DNA of 64,000 nt from Marsupella aquatica (taxonomy: Eukaryota > Plantae > Marchantiophyta): assembly GCA_973895155.1 (NCBI GenBank), contig OZ316891.1, positions 20,906,169-20,970,168 on the forward strand. Direction: 5' to 3'. Of this stretch, positions 1 through 12,461 are shown in pieces (within the stretch, counting starts at the first letter, position 1; each line of letters begins with the position of its first letter). The notes below the pieces were generated by a model. The model searched no databases and had not been told where the DNA came from. It saw only the letters and a program-made list of their open reading frames with translations. Made by a program: the position numbers and the translations under genes.

Positions 1-1305
1 TAGGTATGACGTGGTTGGTACAACTGCTTCCTCCACCACACGCCGCACCGGTGATGGTATCGGTGTAACGTGCTCTTCCTCCTGCTCCTTTCTCTGCCCC
101 TGAAACCTCCGCGGTGATCCTCGTGCTTCAAGTTCCACGTCTTCGAAAAACTCCTCCGAATCACTCATATGAGAAAATCACAAAAATGTTGTTTTTCACA
201 ACTTCTCAAAAAACTCGAAACTCAACACCGCCGCGTAGCCCACAAAGCTAGGAGTCCAATACTGAAAACCGAAATCAAAATCAAAATTTGACGGAAAAGT
301 TATTCAAATTTCGGTCGAGGTGGGTAAAACCTTGGGAAACTCCCCCGTTTTGACCACCTCAGGGAATAACCGAAATACCAAGTACAACCCATTGTCGGAA
401 TTGCGATGTGATTGGTGCGCCGCGTTGCCAACTTCAATGGCTACGACCTCGCCGAAAAATAACCAAAAAAGTTACCGTTCGGCGGATGAAATCTTTGTCG
501 GGCGGTCAAAAATAGCTCTCTGGTTTTTTGGAATATTCTATGACCCTTGTACAGGCCCTATGGGAATTTTGGAAGAACAATCAAGGGGCTGGCACGTGTC
601 CTCGAACCCCCAAAACCCCCTACCACCTTTCGTCGTCGAAATCTGGTCGCGCGCGCAGAAAATATACACGGCAGAATGTACCCCTCGACACCAAACGCAA
701 GATATCTCACTTGGGTTTTGACAAAATCAAGATCTGATTTCAGATTTGGAAACTAGACTCCGAGGCGGTGAAGATCGATATAAGAAGCACCCAAAACGAG
801 GAAAGAACGAGGGAGAAAAAAATTGGTAAAGATGACAGATTTCTCTCAATTGCCATAGCCAATTTCGAATCAGTTTTTCAAAGAGAAAAAAATGGTACCT
901 TGTCAACAACGAATGTTGATCAATTGCACTTGGTGCCGTCACCAAGTCCAACAAGGTAATTGATTTTGCTTAGCCTTCCTCTTTGCATCAAAGAGCCAAT
1001 CCCAGACTCAAAACAATCGTCTTGCCTCAATCTCTCCGTTGAGTCAAAACACTTGACGCTTCTCCCTCCGAGTCGATTGCCAACTTTCTTCACAAAATCC
1101 AGAACGACAAAAACTTAGATCTCTCTGCACCACGAGCTCCGTTCAACGATTTCTTCACACCATTAGAAAGCTCTTGCCCTGATCTATCCGTTGAGCCCAT
1201 AAACTCCAAGTTTCATGCGACGGAACTCCGGGAAATCCACCGACACTCAACGCTGGAAAAACCATCATGAAATCCCGTCACGAACACACGTCACCTCCCA
1301 AGCAT

Positions 1306-1317
1306 GCTCTGATACCA
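1306..1317 (-). promoter_or_regulatory. primer binding site (tRNA-iMet)
   Basis: gctctgatacca = reverse complement of TGGTATCAGAGC, 2 nt from the LTR end. Confidence 0.9.
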
Positions 1318-1319
1318 AT

Positions 1320-1704
1320 TGTTGAGCATAGACGACGATCGCAACGGCAAGCCCATGAACCATCCAACCCACAATAGTTGACACAAGAGATACGTGGTTC
1401 ACCTCCTTGAGGCTACGTCCACGGGAACACACAAGAGAGCTTTACTGAACTCTAAGCCCGTCGGCTATACCGAGTCTCCACAGTGTAAGTTCTCCTTATC
1501 TCTCAAGTGACTCCATAACAATGAGCCTTGGTTCTACCTCTCCAAGCACACATGTCTCTTATGATATAGTGTGCAACTTAGTTGTACCTAACCACATAGT
1601 TGTACCTAATCACGTAGTTGTACCTAACCACGTAGTTGTACCAACCCACGTTGTTGTACCAACCACGTCATACCTAACCTAGACGTAAGAGTAAATACCC
1701 AACA
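1320..1704 (-). repeat. 5' LTR (385 bp)
   Basis: TG...CA termini with a TGTTG/CAACA inverted repeat, adjacent PBS, internal 18-bp tandem repeats (~1580-1680), and clear homology to the solo LTR at 25284-25643. Confidence 0.9.
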
Positions 1705-1759
1705 ATTTATGCTCAATTGTTTTGTGTGAGAAAAGAAGATATGTTGCTCACAGGTAGAA

Positions 1760-2058
1760 CTCGTGGGTCTCACTTCCACTTTAATAACACATCGCATGCA
1801 AGAAAGCATAAGGTGATTTTACTGATTCTAAAGGAAAACTTAAAATTAATAACATGAGTGTCTTTTAAATCCAATGCTAAGACTTACAAGGGAATATAGG
1901 GCTTTTTAACCAATTTTTGATATTACAAATTAAAGGGGCACAAAATTTTAAAAAATTAATTTTCTTGAGTTTAGGGTCTGCGAGACCTAAAAACATCTTA
2001 GGTGATGTGGGTGGTGCAAAATGACCTTGATGATGTATAGTTGTAAGTAGCCCCACGC
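1760..2058. mobile_element. degenerate MITE, same family as 11945-12241
   Basis: Starts ctcgtgggtctcacttccac and shares internal blocks (ttctaaagga, cgagacctaaaaac...aggtgat) with the intact copy; the right TIR and TSD are decayed. Confidence 0.65.
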
Positions 2059-3089
2059 ATGGTAAGTGTATTGCATGGTATTGTTGGTAGGGAGTTATGT
2101 GGAGCAAAAGTGTTGTCCAGCACAAGTGAGATGGTTAGGCAATCACAGGTTGCAGGGACGTCACTAGTGGGCGTTGCAACTGGATTTTAAGGACTGTGAA
2201 ATTAAGCTTTGAGGAGAGTGATAGGTCAGAGACATGGAAAAAGTAACACCTTTAGGCCCATCTAATGGTTAGTAAAAACAATAAATTACCATAATTGAAC
2301 AGTTAGGGAGGCTTTCCACTATAATCACATTTCATAAAGAGACCATGAGAAAGAAAGAGTGAGATTACATATTATAGTGTTTAGATAGATAGATGTATGG
2401 TTAAGCTCTAGCCTGATTCATGTGATCAATCAGAAAATAGAAATCAGTCCTTGGGCTCTTCAATCCTGATTGGCACACAGATGACATTGCGAGAACAATC
2501 TCTTGTAAGTAGTCTTTTATTTCAGTTCACAAATTCCATCGGAAGCCACAATCGTCACCAGACCCTAGCAAAGGGAAACCATCACACAATTGTTGACACT
2601 CTCCAGTGAGTACTTCCTCTCAAACAATCATCCATTGAGACAAGAGAAGAAACACCCTATCGATGGGAATAACTCTCCAACATCCATATATCCAAACAGA
2701 CTCCATTCAAAATCAGAGGTACAAAGTGCATTGAAGAAACAACCACACAGACTTTCCTTGTGATGTGATTGCAGCAAGAAATTCTAAACCCTAAAACCCC
2801 GCTAGTGTCATAGAATCCATATGGCATAGAAGAAGCGAGAGAAGAATCTTCTAAGAGAGAACATTGCAATGTACAATGGCACTACAAACAATCTTGCTTT
2901 CAAAAATTCACTCTAGACTGAGGTCATCGCTTTGGAATGTATGTAGAATGACATGCAAAAGGTGGGGCCTGTTACTCTTTTTTTCCCTCGAAAAAACCGT
3001 TTGAAATCCATTCAAAAAGTCAGCATACAACGCGGGGGGCCCAAAAACGGGGGCCCAACCCAAAAGGACCAAAGGTAAGTGGTGTGGCC

Positions 3090-4440
3090 GGAAAAACCCG
3101 AACCAGAGAAGGAGCTGAGCCTCAACATGAGGCAGAAACCAAACCAGAAGTTTAGAAAACTACAGAAGGAGTAGCACACTCCAAAGACCGGCCAGTCCCC
3201 AGGGACCGGCGAGGTCCCATAGAGTGGGTCCATGAGAGAAAAATCTATCAGTTTACCTGCATTATGTGCACCCCAAAACCAGCATGGTGAAAAAGGGATG
3301 TGGAGGGACCGGTTGGACTTGAAAATGTGTTTTCATGGGTCGCCCATAGTCCATCCCAGGTACCGTAGTCCTGTGACATCTGTTGGTGAGCATCTACATG
3401 GGTGGATTTCCCAGCACAAATCCTGGCTCGGTGTCTGGCCCAGTCACGTCTGATGTAGATGCTGAGGCGATGCCAAGACTTCCTGATTACTGTGTGTGAA
3501 TTTGGATGAGTATGCTCGATGAAGTGGGTGCATCGTTCAATCCAAATTTGGGGCCTATTACTTTTGTCAGTCCAATATGCAATCAGTAAGACAGTAATGT
3601 TGTTGTCATTCAATAAGACTGGGACTTTGCAACATTTTGTCAGGCTGGTCTAGACAGTTTGGATGTGAGTGGCAGAATAGAGATGTACTTTAAAGAATGG
3701 GGTGAAAAGAAGGATGACTAGTAACCCTCGCATAGGCCTTAAACTAATGAGTAACCCTGGTAGGGAATTTTGGTAGGGACACAAGTCAACTCTGGTTGAG
3801 GTACTAGTGTGAACTCAAGTAGTTTCATCCTCAAAATTGCTCATTCTGGTTGTCTCATGCTTTCCTTTGCCTTGAAAGCCAAATGTATACCCATCCAACA
3901 GAGGATACACGTTCTACTTTGGAGTATGCACCAGTGTAGGGTAGCCCACAAGGGGAGACGATACTCAAGGATCTGACAATGACCCATACAAGGAAGGAGA
4001 GAGGGTTGGACCAGGATCACAAAGCGGCCAGCCAGAGGCTGAGGAGAAACATCACTTTAGGGTGGGGTTTGTGTAAAACCTCCCAGGTGATTGCACCTCT
4101 GCCCCCACACTCATATGGTCTATCACTCCACTCATAGTCTTGCAGACAAAAATAGAATTATCATTCCTAGTATTTATTTCTGAGCTCTATCAATTGTTTC
4201 AGTACGTGGCTCAGTAGGGCTCTTGTTCATTGGCCGTTTGGTGTGATTTTCAGTGGGGTTTTTGGCTTTGCTCTTGCATTTTACCTATTTTCTCCTTTGT
4301 TCTCTCCCTTTTGGGGCATGTTTGCCTTTGGGATCATGTCTCCCCCTTGGGCCTTTTTGTTCCTTTGTACTTATATATCTAAATTTATTTATATCAATAT
4401 GGAGTGTTTGGGTTGCAAACCAACTGACAGTGGGCCATAG
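3090..4440 (-). mobile_element. degenerate dispersed repeat, probably Penelope-like retroelement remnant (duplicated at ~16710-18150)
   Basis: Shares blocks with 26110-27100 (cccatccaaYagaggata, ggctgaggagaaac). Minus-strand NNITVL...WIE..HTHP resembles a PLE GIY-YIG C-terminus. Confidence 0.35.
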
Positions 4441-4590
4441 ATGACTTTCCAAGGACTTTCTCCCCCAAACGATCAGTGCCTCAATTGGCCCCACAGTCCC
4501 AGAAGTGGAGAATCCATTTTGGGACTTGGACCACAAGACGAAGTCGAGCAGGTGCATCGTTGGACTTGGGCAGACGACGAAGTGGAACGG

Positions 4591-4745
4591 GGAGCTTCGC
4601 TCAAACACGGGATCCAATCCCTCCATGGAAGTTTGTGTGTCGACATGATTGTCTGGAGCTTCGCTCAAACCCGGGATCCAATCCCTCCATGGAAGTTTGT
4701 GTGTCGACATGATTGTCTGGAGCTTCGCTCAAACCCGGGATCCAA
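4591..4745 (+). repeat. 64-bp tandem repeat with an extra unit in unit A, inside a dispersed repeat also present inverted at ~44401-44540
   Basis: ggagcttcgctcaaac recurs at 4591, 4655 and 4719; unit B has only two occurrences. Confidence 0.85.
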
Positions 4746-4890
4746 TCGCTCAAACCCAGCGTTCCATATATTGGACTGAGGTCAATCACCCAGTCAACGA
4801 GAATGAACCCACACGTCACGACGTTTTTAATATTCGCCCGCCGATGGCAACAAAATCATGTCCTCGTGGCGACAGTGAGGTCTGAATGGG

Positions 4891-4977
4891 TGAGGTCTGA
4901 ATGAGTGTGGACATTTGTTCTTGGTTTGGACATTAATCCAAGAACAACTTGGAATGTCCGCACTCATTCAGACCTCA
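4891..4977. repeat. fold-back inverted repeat (hairpin) upstream of OMT copy A
   Basis: tgaggtctgaatgagtgtggacatt pairs with aatgtccgcactcattcagacctca (24/25), plus an inner ttgttcttgg/ccaagaacaa stem. Confidence 0.85.
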
Positions 4978-5402
4978 GTCCACTTGGAACGTCTGAACGA
5001 GTGTGGGAACGAGTGAGCATATCCGCAGAATGATGAGGACATTCGCCAGGCTGATCCCTTGGACAGGACCCGAGGATGAGCACATACCATGATTCACTGT
5101 GTTAAATGTACATCTGCACATCTGGAGTCTCTTGGCTCAGGTCTTTCTTCAGGACTCAAGAGAAGAAAGACCTGAGCCAGTCCTAGATCAATTGCTATCC
5201 ACGAAACTACGAGTATAAGAAGCTCAGTCCGAATGGGAAAAATTATCATCTCGAACTCGTTGTCGCATCCGGTTTCTCAGTCAGATTTTGACGAATCCGC
5301 TTTGCAAATTCTCTCAAGTTCTGGCCCAGTGACGAATCCGCTTTGCAAATTCTCTCAAGCTCTGGAACAGTAAGCACTATCGAAGCTACGTAACGGAGCA
5401 AA

Positions 5403-7459
5403 ATGGAAAGTGTACAAAAGACGAAGGCTAGTACCATAGACTCTGCGCACGATTTCGGGTTCAGCGTCGCATATCCGTTTGCATTGCGAGCAGCGGTTGT
5501 CTTGAAGGTGCCGACGATCATCCAGTCTGCAGGTCCTGAGGCAGCATTGTCAGCGAAGGAGATATGCGCGCATCTGCCAAATCCCGAGCGATGCAACTCG
5601 GCGACTTTGGAGAAAATCCTCGAAATTCTCACTTGCCATGGGATGCTCTCCTCTGCAGTCACAGAGACTGAGACTGAGAGCCGGGTGACAAAATATGGAC
5701 TGACTCCATTATCGCAGGATCTTGCTGGCGATAACTCGTCGGCGGCGGACTTTTTGCTCATCTCCACTGCGCCGGAGATCATCAAAGTCCTCCCTCAAAT
5801 GCATGAAATTGTGCTTAATCCCGACCAAGCTGTATTTGAGAGGCTGTACGGGAAAGGGTTTTACCAGTATACCAAGCAGGATGTACCAGAATATGGAAGA
5901 TTTCATGTCGAGTCCATGAAGAGAATGTCTCAGAACTTTACAGAAGGTGTGCTGGAGTATTACGATGAGGAATTCAAAAGCCTCACAGGTACGCTGGTGG
6001 ACGTTGGTGGCAGCCAGGGAGCAACTGCTGCCATCATTGCATCAAAGTACCCCAACATCAAATGTGTTGTCAATTTTGACCTTGCAGACGTTGTCAGCGG
6101 AGCACCTGCATATCGTGGTAAGTGATCCTCGTCATTTGCATTTCTCCAGACTGTCCACCGTGTTTGATTCAGCAAAGAGGCATCGAGCATATTTTGAATT
6201 GAAGTGTGATTTGAAACGAAAGCCTAGGGGCCTCAGACAGTGTTTCTCCTCCCTTCCATGAGTTAGATCTGATTTGCAGGGCCCCTTAAATTGTCTGCCA
6301 AGTGAGCTCTATGTTTTATTTTCTCCCGTCTCTCCCGTCTCTTCCTTTTTCTCCTATTTTCCCATTTCATCCGTTGTTCGGCCTTTTGTCGTTCCACTGC
6401 CAAGGACGTCTCAACAAATGCTAGATGACACGATTGCCTCGTTTCTTGCTTATTGAACCGAGCTTGCCTGTCTGCAAATTTCTCCCTTGGTTTGGCTGAA
6501 CATTCACCTATCTTGCTGCTTCCTTTATAGTAACTCGTGTTTGTTTTTTCTTGTAATATCCCTGATTGTGAAGTCATCATAGGCCGGGACTTTCGTGTGT
6601 TCATTTGTTAGGTGTCATATCATTTAGACTTCATATCCATGAACATGCTCGTCAGTCACGAACAAAGCCAGGGATCTCAATTTCAGTGTCTGACCTCGGG
6701 TTTGTTTTTCTTACTTTCCTTGTTGGATTAGGATGAGTATGTGCTCAGCTCAATTTTTGAATGTTTATTGTTGTGTTTCTCTCGCCATGATGTGAATGCA
6801 GGAGTGGAACATGTTGGCGGAAGCTTCATAGATTTCGTGCCCCAAGGTGACATGATGTTCTTAAAGGTACTTGTGTGCTAATCCATGCTCGGATAATTAT
6901 GGTTTTGGTTATTGCAAACGAAATATGGAATGTATCTTCCATAAAGTTTATCTGACCTGCGCTCACAGAATCATTACCTCTTCCTTATGGGTTGGCATGA
7001 ATATCTATGCTACTGACGGGTACCAAATGTTTTTGGTTCAGTGAGTACTTATAATGATGTGTTCAGTTTTTAGTTGCTGTAGTGTTCTGGTTTAGTTTTT
7101 ACCCCCTCACTGATGAACGGTATGTACCTTTGGGTTCGCAGTTTGTCTTACTGAACTGGGACGACGAGCAGCTTTTAAAGCTCATGACGAACTGCTTCAA
7201 CGCTTTGCCAGCAAAAGGAGGGAAGCTTATCATAGTGGACAGAGTGATGCCAGATGAAGCACCAGAGGATATGCGACCCAGGTTGCGAATGGCAGTCCAG
7301 AGTCTGTTCAACACCTTACTGTTCCCAGGAGCCAAGTCCCGGACACTGAAGGAGCACCAAGTTGTGGCCAAAGCTGCAGGATTTGCTAGCTTCCGCATTG
7401 CCAAATCATTCGGCAGCTTAACATTCATGGAGGCCGTGAAGGCACCGATCATGGGCTGA
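5403..7459 (+). CDS. COMT-family (dimerisation + Methyltransf_2) SAM-dependent methyltransferase-like protein, copy A, 365 aa
   Basis: Exons 5403-6117, 6802-6866, 7142-7459 with GT-AG sites and frame continuity (1098 nt). Motifs LVDVGGSQG, NFDLADVV, GVEHVGGSF, FLKFVLLNWDD, GGKLIIVD, GAKSRT. Confidence 0.93.
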
Positions 7460-10068
7460 TTGAGGGAGGAGCAGCAAATTAGTTTTAGGATTGCAAATTG
7501 CATGGAGAACATGCGGGGGCTACTGAGTGGATTCTAGATGAGAAGAGAATGAGCGAGGACAAGGTAGCTGTCAATATCTGCTATTGCTAAATGTAGTCAC
7601 GGGAGAAACTAGGAGCACAGACGAAGCAAATGCATGGTCATTGGGAGATTGCTACTGTAATGTAACGATTTCCATAAACTTTGTGGTGTTCTAGTGTGAT
7701 GTCTGCTGAAAGACTATCATACTGGATTTGATCCTCACCTACTGATTCGAATTGTTTAGAACTTTTAGCGCTGGAGGGTGGCGGAGCCATGTCTTGCCTC
7801 ATAATTTCTTAGAGAAGTCCTCCATCAGATTTGTAGCTTCTTCAGGTTCCATGTATTCTGATTTTGTGCCAATTTTTTGCTTGTTTTTGTTTAGTGGAAA
7901 AAAAAGGGGGCCACCCCACTTTTGGTGGGATCACTTATTATAGAGATGCAATGCGATTTTCATCACACTTTAGTTACTTGTCGTTACGCTTTCTTTTGTA
8001 TTGGTCACATTTATGATCATGAGGGTTGAAACATTCTTAAGCTTGGGTTGGAGCAGCACACAAATGTGCTTTGGTCCTTTGGGTTTGATGTTCTTTGTGA
8101 CCTGCTGGTGGTAGTCGCAGTGCATATGGAATTCACTGGTCGAACTCTCGCTTTAATTTTAATTTTATGTTTATACCTTACCCACAAAAGTCATGGAGCA
8201 TGTGGAAAATAAAGTCTCCTTTCGGTCACATGTGGTTTGGCCTTTTTGTCTTTCTTTGTGCCCTGCTGGTTGTGGTAAATGTGGTTGTAATTCACTGGTC
8301 AAACTCTCTCTTGAATTTTGATTTAATTTTTATACATTAACCACAAATGTCATCGAGCATGCAGCAAATATAGTCTCCCTTTCTGTCACATGATCCTCAA
8401 GTTTGAAACTAACTTGAGCTTGAGTGCTCCTGGTTCCTTGGGTTTGTTTTTCTTCATACCCCACTGGTCCTCATTGCAGTTGTCATTGGAATACATCGGG
8501 TGCACTGTCGCCTTTATTAAATATTAATTAAATAATCAAACAAAACAACACAAAACAAACAGTCAAAGTTGAACCTTACCCATAATTGTGAAACAAAACA
8601 AAGGCCCCCAAAGAAACTGGCAATGAATCGAGAAATAGATGAGCATCACAAGTGTTCTTTGGAAACCTTTTGCAATGTAGCCTCTAACATTGGGAACAAC
8701 CTGTCCCTCCAAGTTGCCAATATTAATCCGTCAGACAATACACAGACAGGTTATTTGGTCAGTGTACTTATCTGTAGATTCATGCTTGTCGAGATACGTC
8801 GTCCAAACACCCCCTGCTGTTTGGTAGCTCTTATTTGCAATGTGTTGTTAGACGGATAATCTGTATATTTCAACCTCCGGTGTTTTGAACCCAGTTCCGT
8901 GACTGTTTTGAGTTATGATAACTGTAAGTAAGTTTATAGGATAACTATGCTGTTTATATCATTGTAGAATTCTGGTTGGATGTCATGTGGATATTGGACA
9001 GGGGTAGTTATGCTCGGGAACAAATTGTTACCAGCCGAATGCAGCCAACAAGTTAATCATTTAAAAGAAATACTCCTCTGCTTCAGGTGTGATGCTTTGT
9101 TCATGATTTCTGACAACTCCTTCACATTCTTTTCTTCACCAGTATCTGAAATTCTGGGTTTTTGTCTAAACAGAGGAACTTGTGTGTTTGGCAGTGTGCT
9201 CATGGGCGGCCAACGATGATACCCTTCGTATCATTGCAGACGTTTGACCAAGTGCCATCATTGGCTTTTATACACAGAATTGCACAGAGGGGTGGCATGA
9301 CTGCAGTCTAACTTCAAACCCAATTTTGAAAGACCTCGGGCACGAATAGCTCAGGCACAGGGTCGGCCTTTTAGAAAACTGTGTACACACAAATTCTGTC
9401 CCCTGAAATCAACTTTCGATTTTCCAGTTCTACAGGTTTGCTCCTTGTGAACTTGAGAAGAATATACACCTAGGAACAATTAGAATCCCCCTCAGACAAT
9501 TGTTTCATTATTGGTAGGGTCCATGCTGTTGATAATGTGCCCTTTGTACAGAATTAAACTTCATCATTTCGTATCATACAGATATGTCATTGCAATCTCA
9601 TACAGATAGGTGTCGACTCTGCAACGTGAACAGAATCCAGCGTTCCGTGTGAACTTCTATTGTCTCCAACTAATTAAAGTCGTCTCCATCCCAAAGCCAA
9701 TTTACTTTGTGGGAGGGACACTGAATCGCATGCGGTTCCATATTCTTGCCAAATGCTCTATTTTTGTTGTAGATTGTGCGAAGGAAACAGCCCCAGCGGA
9801 AACAAAAGGCCCAGCAACTTCAGACTTGTTGCAAATGACATCAATTTTTCATAGGGCCTCGCATTTTTTCCAGGATTCCAATGGACCTCATGTAAGGGGT
9901 CGTCTAACCTTTCATAGTGTAAAGCTTTCTCAGAAAGTTTAACCAGGGCTGGATTGTGTTCAGGTCGTCACTCCTTTAGCCCTCCAGAATTCGTTCATCC
10001 CCACCTGTTCTTGTTCTCCATGCACTTTCCGCATAACTAGGCAACGGGTTTCAGAGGTGGTTCAACCT

Positions 10069-10467
10069 CACAGACTGGTTGGTAAAGCGTTGCACAGTCC
10101 GAGCCAAAGCTCGGGCCTCCGTTTCAATCCTTTGCTCATTGACAAAAGATTCCTGCACTCCTCCATTCACACTCTCCACCAAGAGCGTAGAGACTCTAGC
10201 AGCTGCTGAAATTGCTTCCTACTTCGCCCTCTCTGTACAAAAACAACCATCCCCCACATCGTTTCAGATGCCTATCGTAACATTACCGTACGCAAACAAG
10301 CTAGCAAGCAAAGTCAAGCCAAGCCATACCATGCATACTCAAAAAACAACCCACCGAGACGATTCAAGTGAACACTTAACATGTCTGTGAGTGTGCTTAT
10401 TCATCAACTGTGCGAATGATCCCTCCAAGCCCGCCATCTCTGAATGAGCCGTCCCCTTTTCTAACAT
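10069..10467 (-). pseudogene. BLOS1: BLOS1 (BLOC-1 subunit 1) pseudogene
   Basis: Paralog of 23734-24401 with a 4-nt insertion in exon 1, AAG>TAG nonsense change near 10220, and a ~290-bp deletion removing the end of exon 2 and all of exon 3. Confidence 0.9.
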
Positions 10468-10669
10468 TCGTTGCTTCCCTTCGCTGCCAAGCAACACACA
10501 GGCAGACTGGAGGGTCCTCTTGCTCTCGCTCTAGTGCGCTTCACAGGACCGACTGACTGATGGCCGTCGAAGCAAGAAAATCATCGGTTGTTTCCCTCCG
10601 CGATGCTCCCTGATGCAGTGGTTCCGACATGATTAATTCTTTCGTCCAGGGAAGGTACACAAATCATTG

Positions 10670-11420
10670 AGAACATCCTGAGACAAGCATGTTGGTTTTG
10701 GGGTCTTTAGTCTGATTACTTTGCTCTCGACTCTTCTACTTAGGGAGTATGTTGGTTTTAGGGCCGGTTTTAGGGTCTCTAGGGAGTATGTTGGTTTTAG
10801 GGCCTCTAGTTGTATTTCATTGAGGGAACATCCTGAGACAAGCATTTGTTGTTTGGGGTTCTCTAGTTTTGCTTGACTCTTTCACTTAGAGAGTATGTTG
10901 GTTTTAGGGCCTCTAGTCGGATTTCATGGAGTGAACATCCTGAGACAAGCATGTTGGTTTTGTGGTCTCTAGTCTGATTACTTTGCTTGACTCTTCTACT
11001 TAGGGAATATGTTGGTTTTAGGGCCTCTAGTCTGATTCCTTTGTTGACTTTACTATGAGGCGAGTATGTTGGTTTTAGGGCCTCTAGTTGGATATGTTGG
11101 CTGGACTCTTCTATGAGGCGAGTATGTGTGCTTTAGGGTCTCTAGTTGGATTCCTTTGCTTGACTCTTCTAGGAGGCGAGTATGTTGGTTTTAGGGTCAC
11201 TAGGCAAACTCCTTTGCCTGACTCTTCCATGAGGGGAGTGTGCTGGTTTTAGGGCCTCCAGTCCCACTCTTTTGCCTGACCCTTCTATGAGGCGAGTATG
11301 TTGGTTTGAGGGCCTCTAGTTGGATTTATTTGCCTGACTCTTTTATGAGGCAAGTATATATGTTGCTTTTAGGCCTCTAGTCGCATTCTTTTGCCTGACA
11401 CTTCTATGAGGCAAGTATTT
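10670..11420. repeat. 58-bp satellite array (gagtatgttggttttagggcctctag...gactcttctatgaggc) with a second variant unit
   Basis: cgagtatg recurs at 11061, 11119 and 11177 (period 58); a variant gaacatcctgagacaagcatgttgg alternates in the left part. Confidence 0.9.
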
Positions 11421-11944
11421 TATACTGCCTACCTTCATGGCATTTTTGCCTTCCACCTCTGTATTTGCTACTGCCTATCTTCATGGCATCTTCTACCTAC
11501 TAGGCTGATTACCCATTCCTTAACATATAGAGACGAGGAGGAAAAAAAAAACCTTGATCATCTTTGCCCCATCCCTGTTTTTGGTCGGCAACCTCAATTT
11601 CAAGCGTGCCCTCAGTTTGAGACAAGGTCCAGGAGCTTCACTCTAGGCAGTAGACCCAGGTAGTATCTTTTGATTGCGCTTCAATAGTTAAGTTTCGTGC
11701 AAGAACACTCTTGCAACTGTTACCCTATCTTGCTACGCCAGTGGCACACAGTGAGGTCCCCTATTGGCTTGTAGTCAATAAACTAAGGTTTTCAACAATC
11801 CAGTCTAGAAGTAAACTCCAAAGTCACTGGACGAAGGGACAAGAGCAACACTCACATCTTTCTTCCATTTATTGCTAGATATGGAAAGCAAGTCATGAAT
11901 ATTGAGTAGGTTGTGCAAAGTACAATAGCATGGCAGCAAAAACC

Positions 11945-12241
11945 CTCGGGGGTTTCACTTCCACAAAAATGGCACATCACGTGCAACAAAGGATAGAGTC
12001 ATTTTATTGGTTCTAAAGGAAGACTTAAGAATTTTTGTAGAAGAACAATAGGGTTTTTTTAATTCAAGTTTGAGACTTATAAGAACATTAGGGTCTTTTT
12101 AATCAAAATTTGAGAATATTCCAAGAATATTCCAACTTTATAGGGGTTAAAAAATAATTTAAAAATCTTACATTTTAGGGGGTCCGAGACCTAAAAACGT
12201 CGCAGGTGATAGGGAGGTCTCCATATAGTGAGACCCCCGAG
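11945..12241. mobile_element. hAT-type MITE, 297 bp
   Basis: 15-bp TIR ctcgggggtttcact / agtgagacccccgag; perfect 8-bp TSD caaaaacc (11937-11944, 12242-12249); absent at the paralogous site near 31005. Confidence 0.9.
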
Positions 12242-12461
12242 CAAAAACCTGGCATCTTTCCACTTATGGTCTGTATTTAAATACGTCTAGTCACAATCAC
12301 ATCCATGGCGAACAGACTATTGCATATTTGAGCTGCAATCTGGATTTTCCTGATCACTTCCAGAAAGTAGCTCTGTCATTTGATCCAGAAGGGAATTATG
12401 CCCGATACTTGGGTCTAGGATGGGCATTCCGGGAGATGGTTGGACTGTAACACTATTCATA

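Larger units (their letters stand above)
1..1704 (-). mobile_element. LTR retrotransposon 5' part (5' LTR, PBS, long leader, start of putative gag)
   Basis: On the minus strand: LTR TGTTGGG...CTCAACA (1704-1320), then AT + TGGTATCAGAGC (tRNA-iMet PBS). An ORF MSDSEEFFEDVELEARG... starts at 168 and runs off the window edge. Confidence 0.85.

Noticed and set aside
320-959. Plus-strand ORFs near the window start
   Set aside because: Antisense to the retrotransposon leader; non-ATG starts; no motifs.
5246-5785. Minus-strand ORFs over the OMT genes (also 7099-7512, 18832-19338, 20648-21061)
   Set aside because: Antisense shadows with no recognisable motifs.
10670-11420. CRISPR-like appearance of the regularly spaced repeats
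   Set aside because: The intervening sequences are homologous to each other, the context is eukaryotic, and there are no cas genes; it is a satellite.
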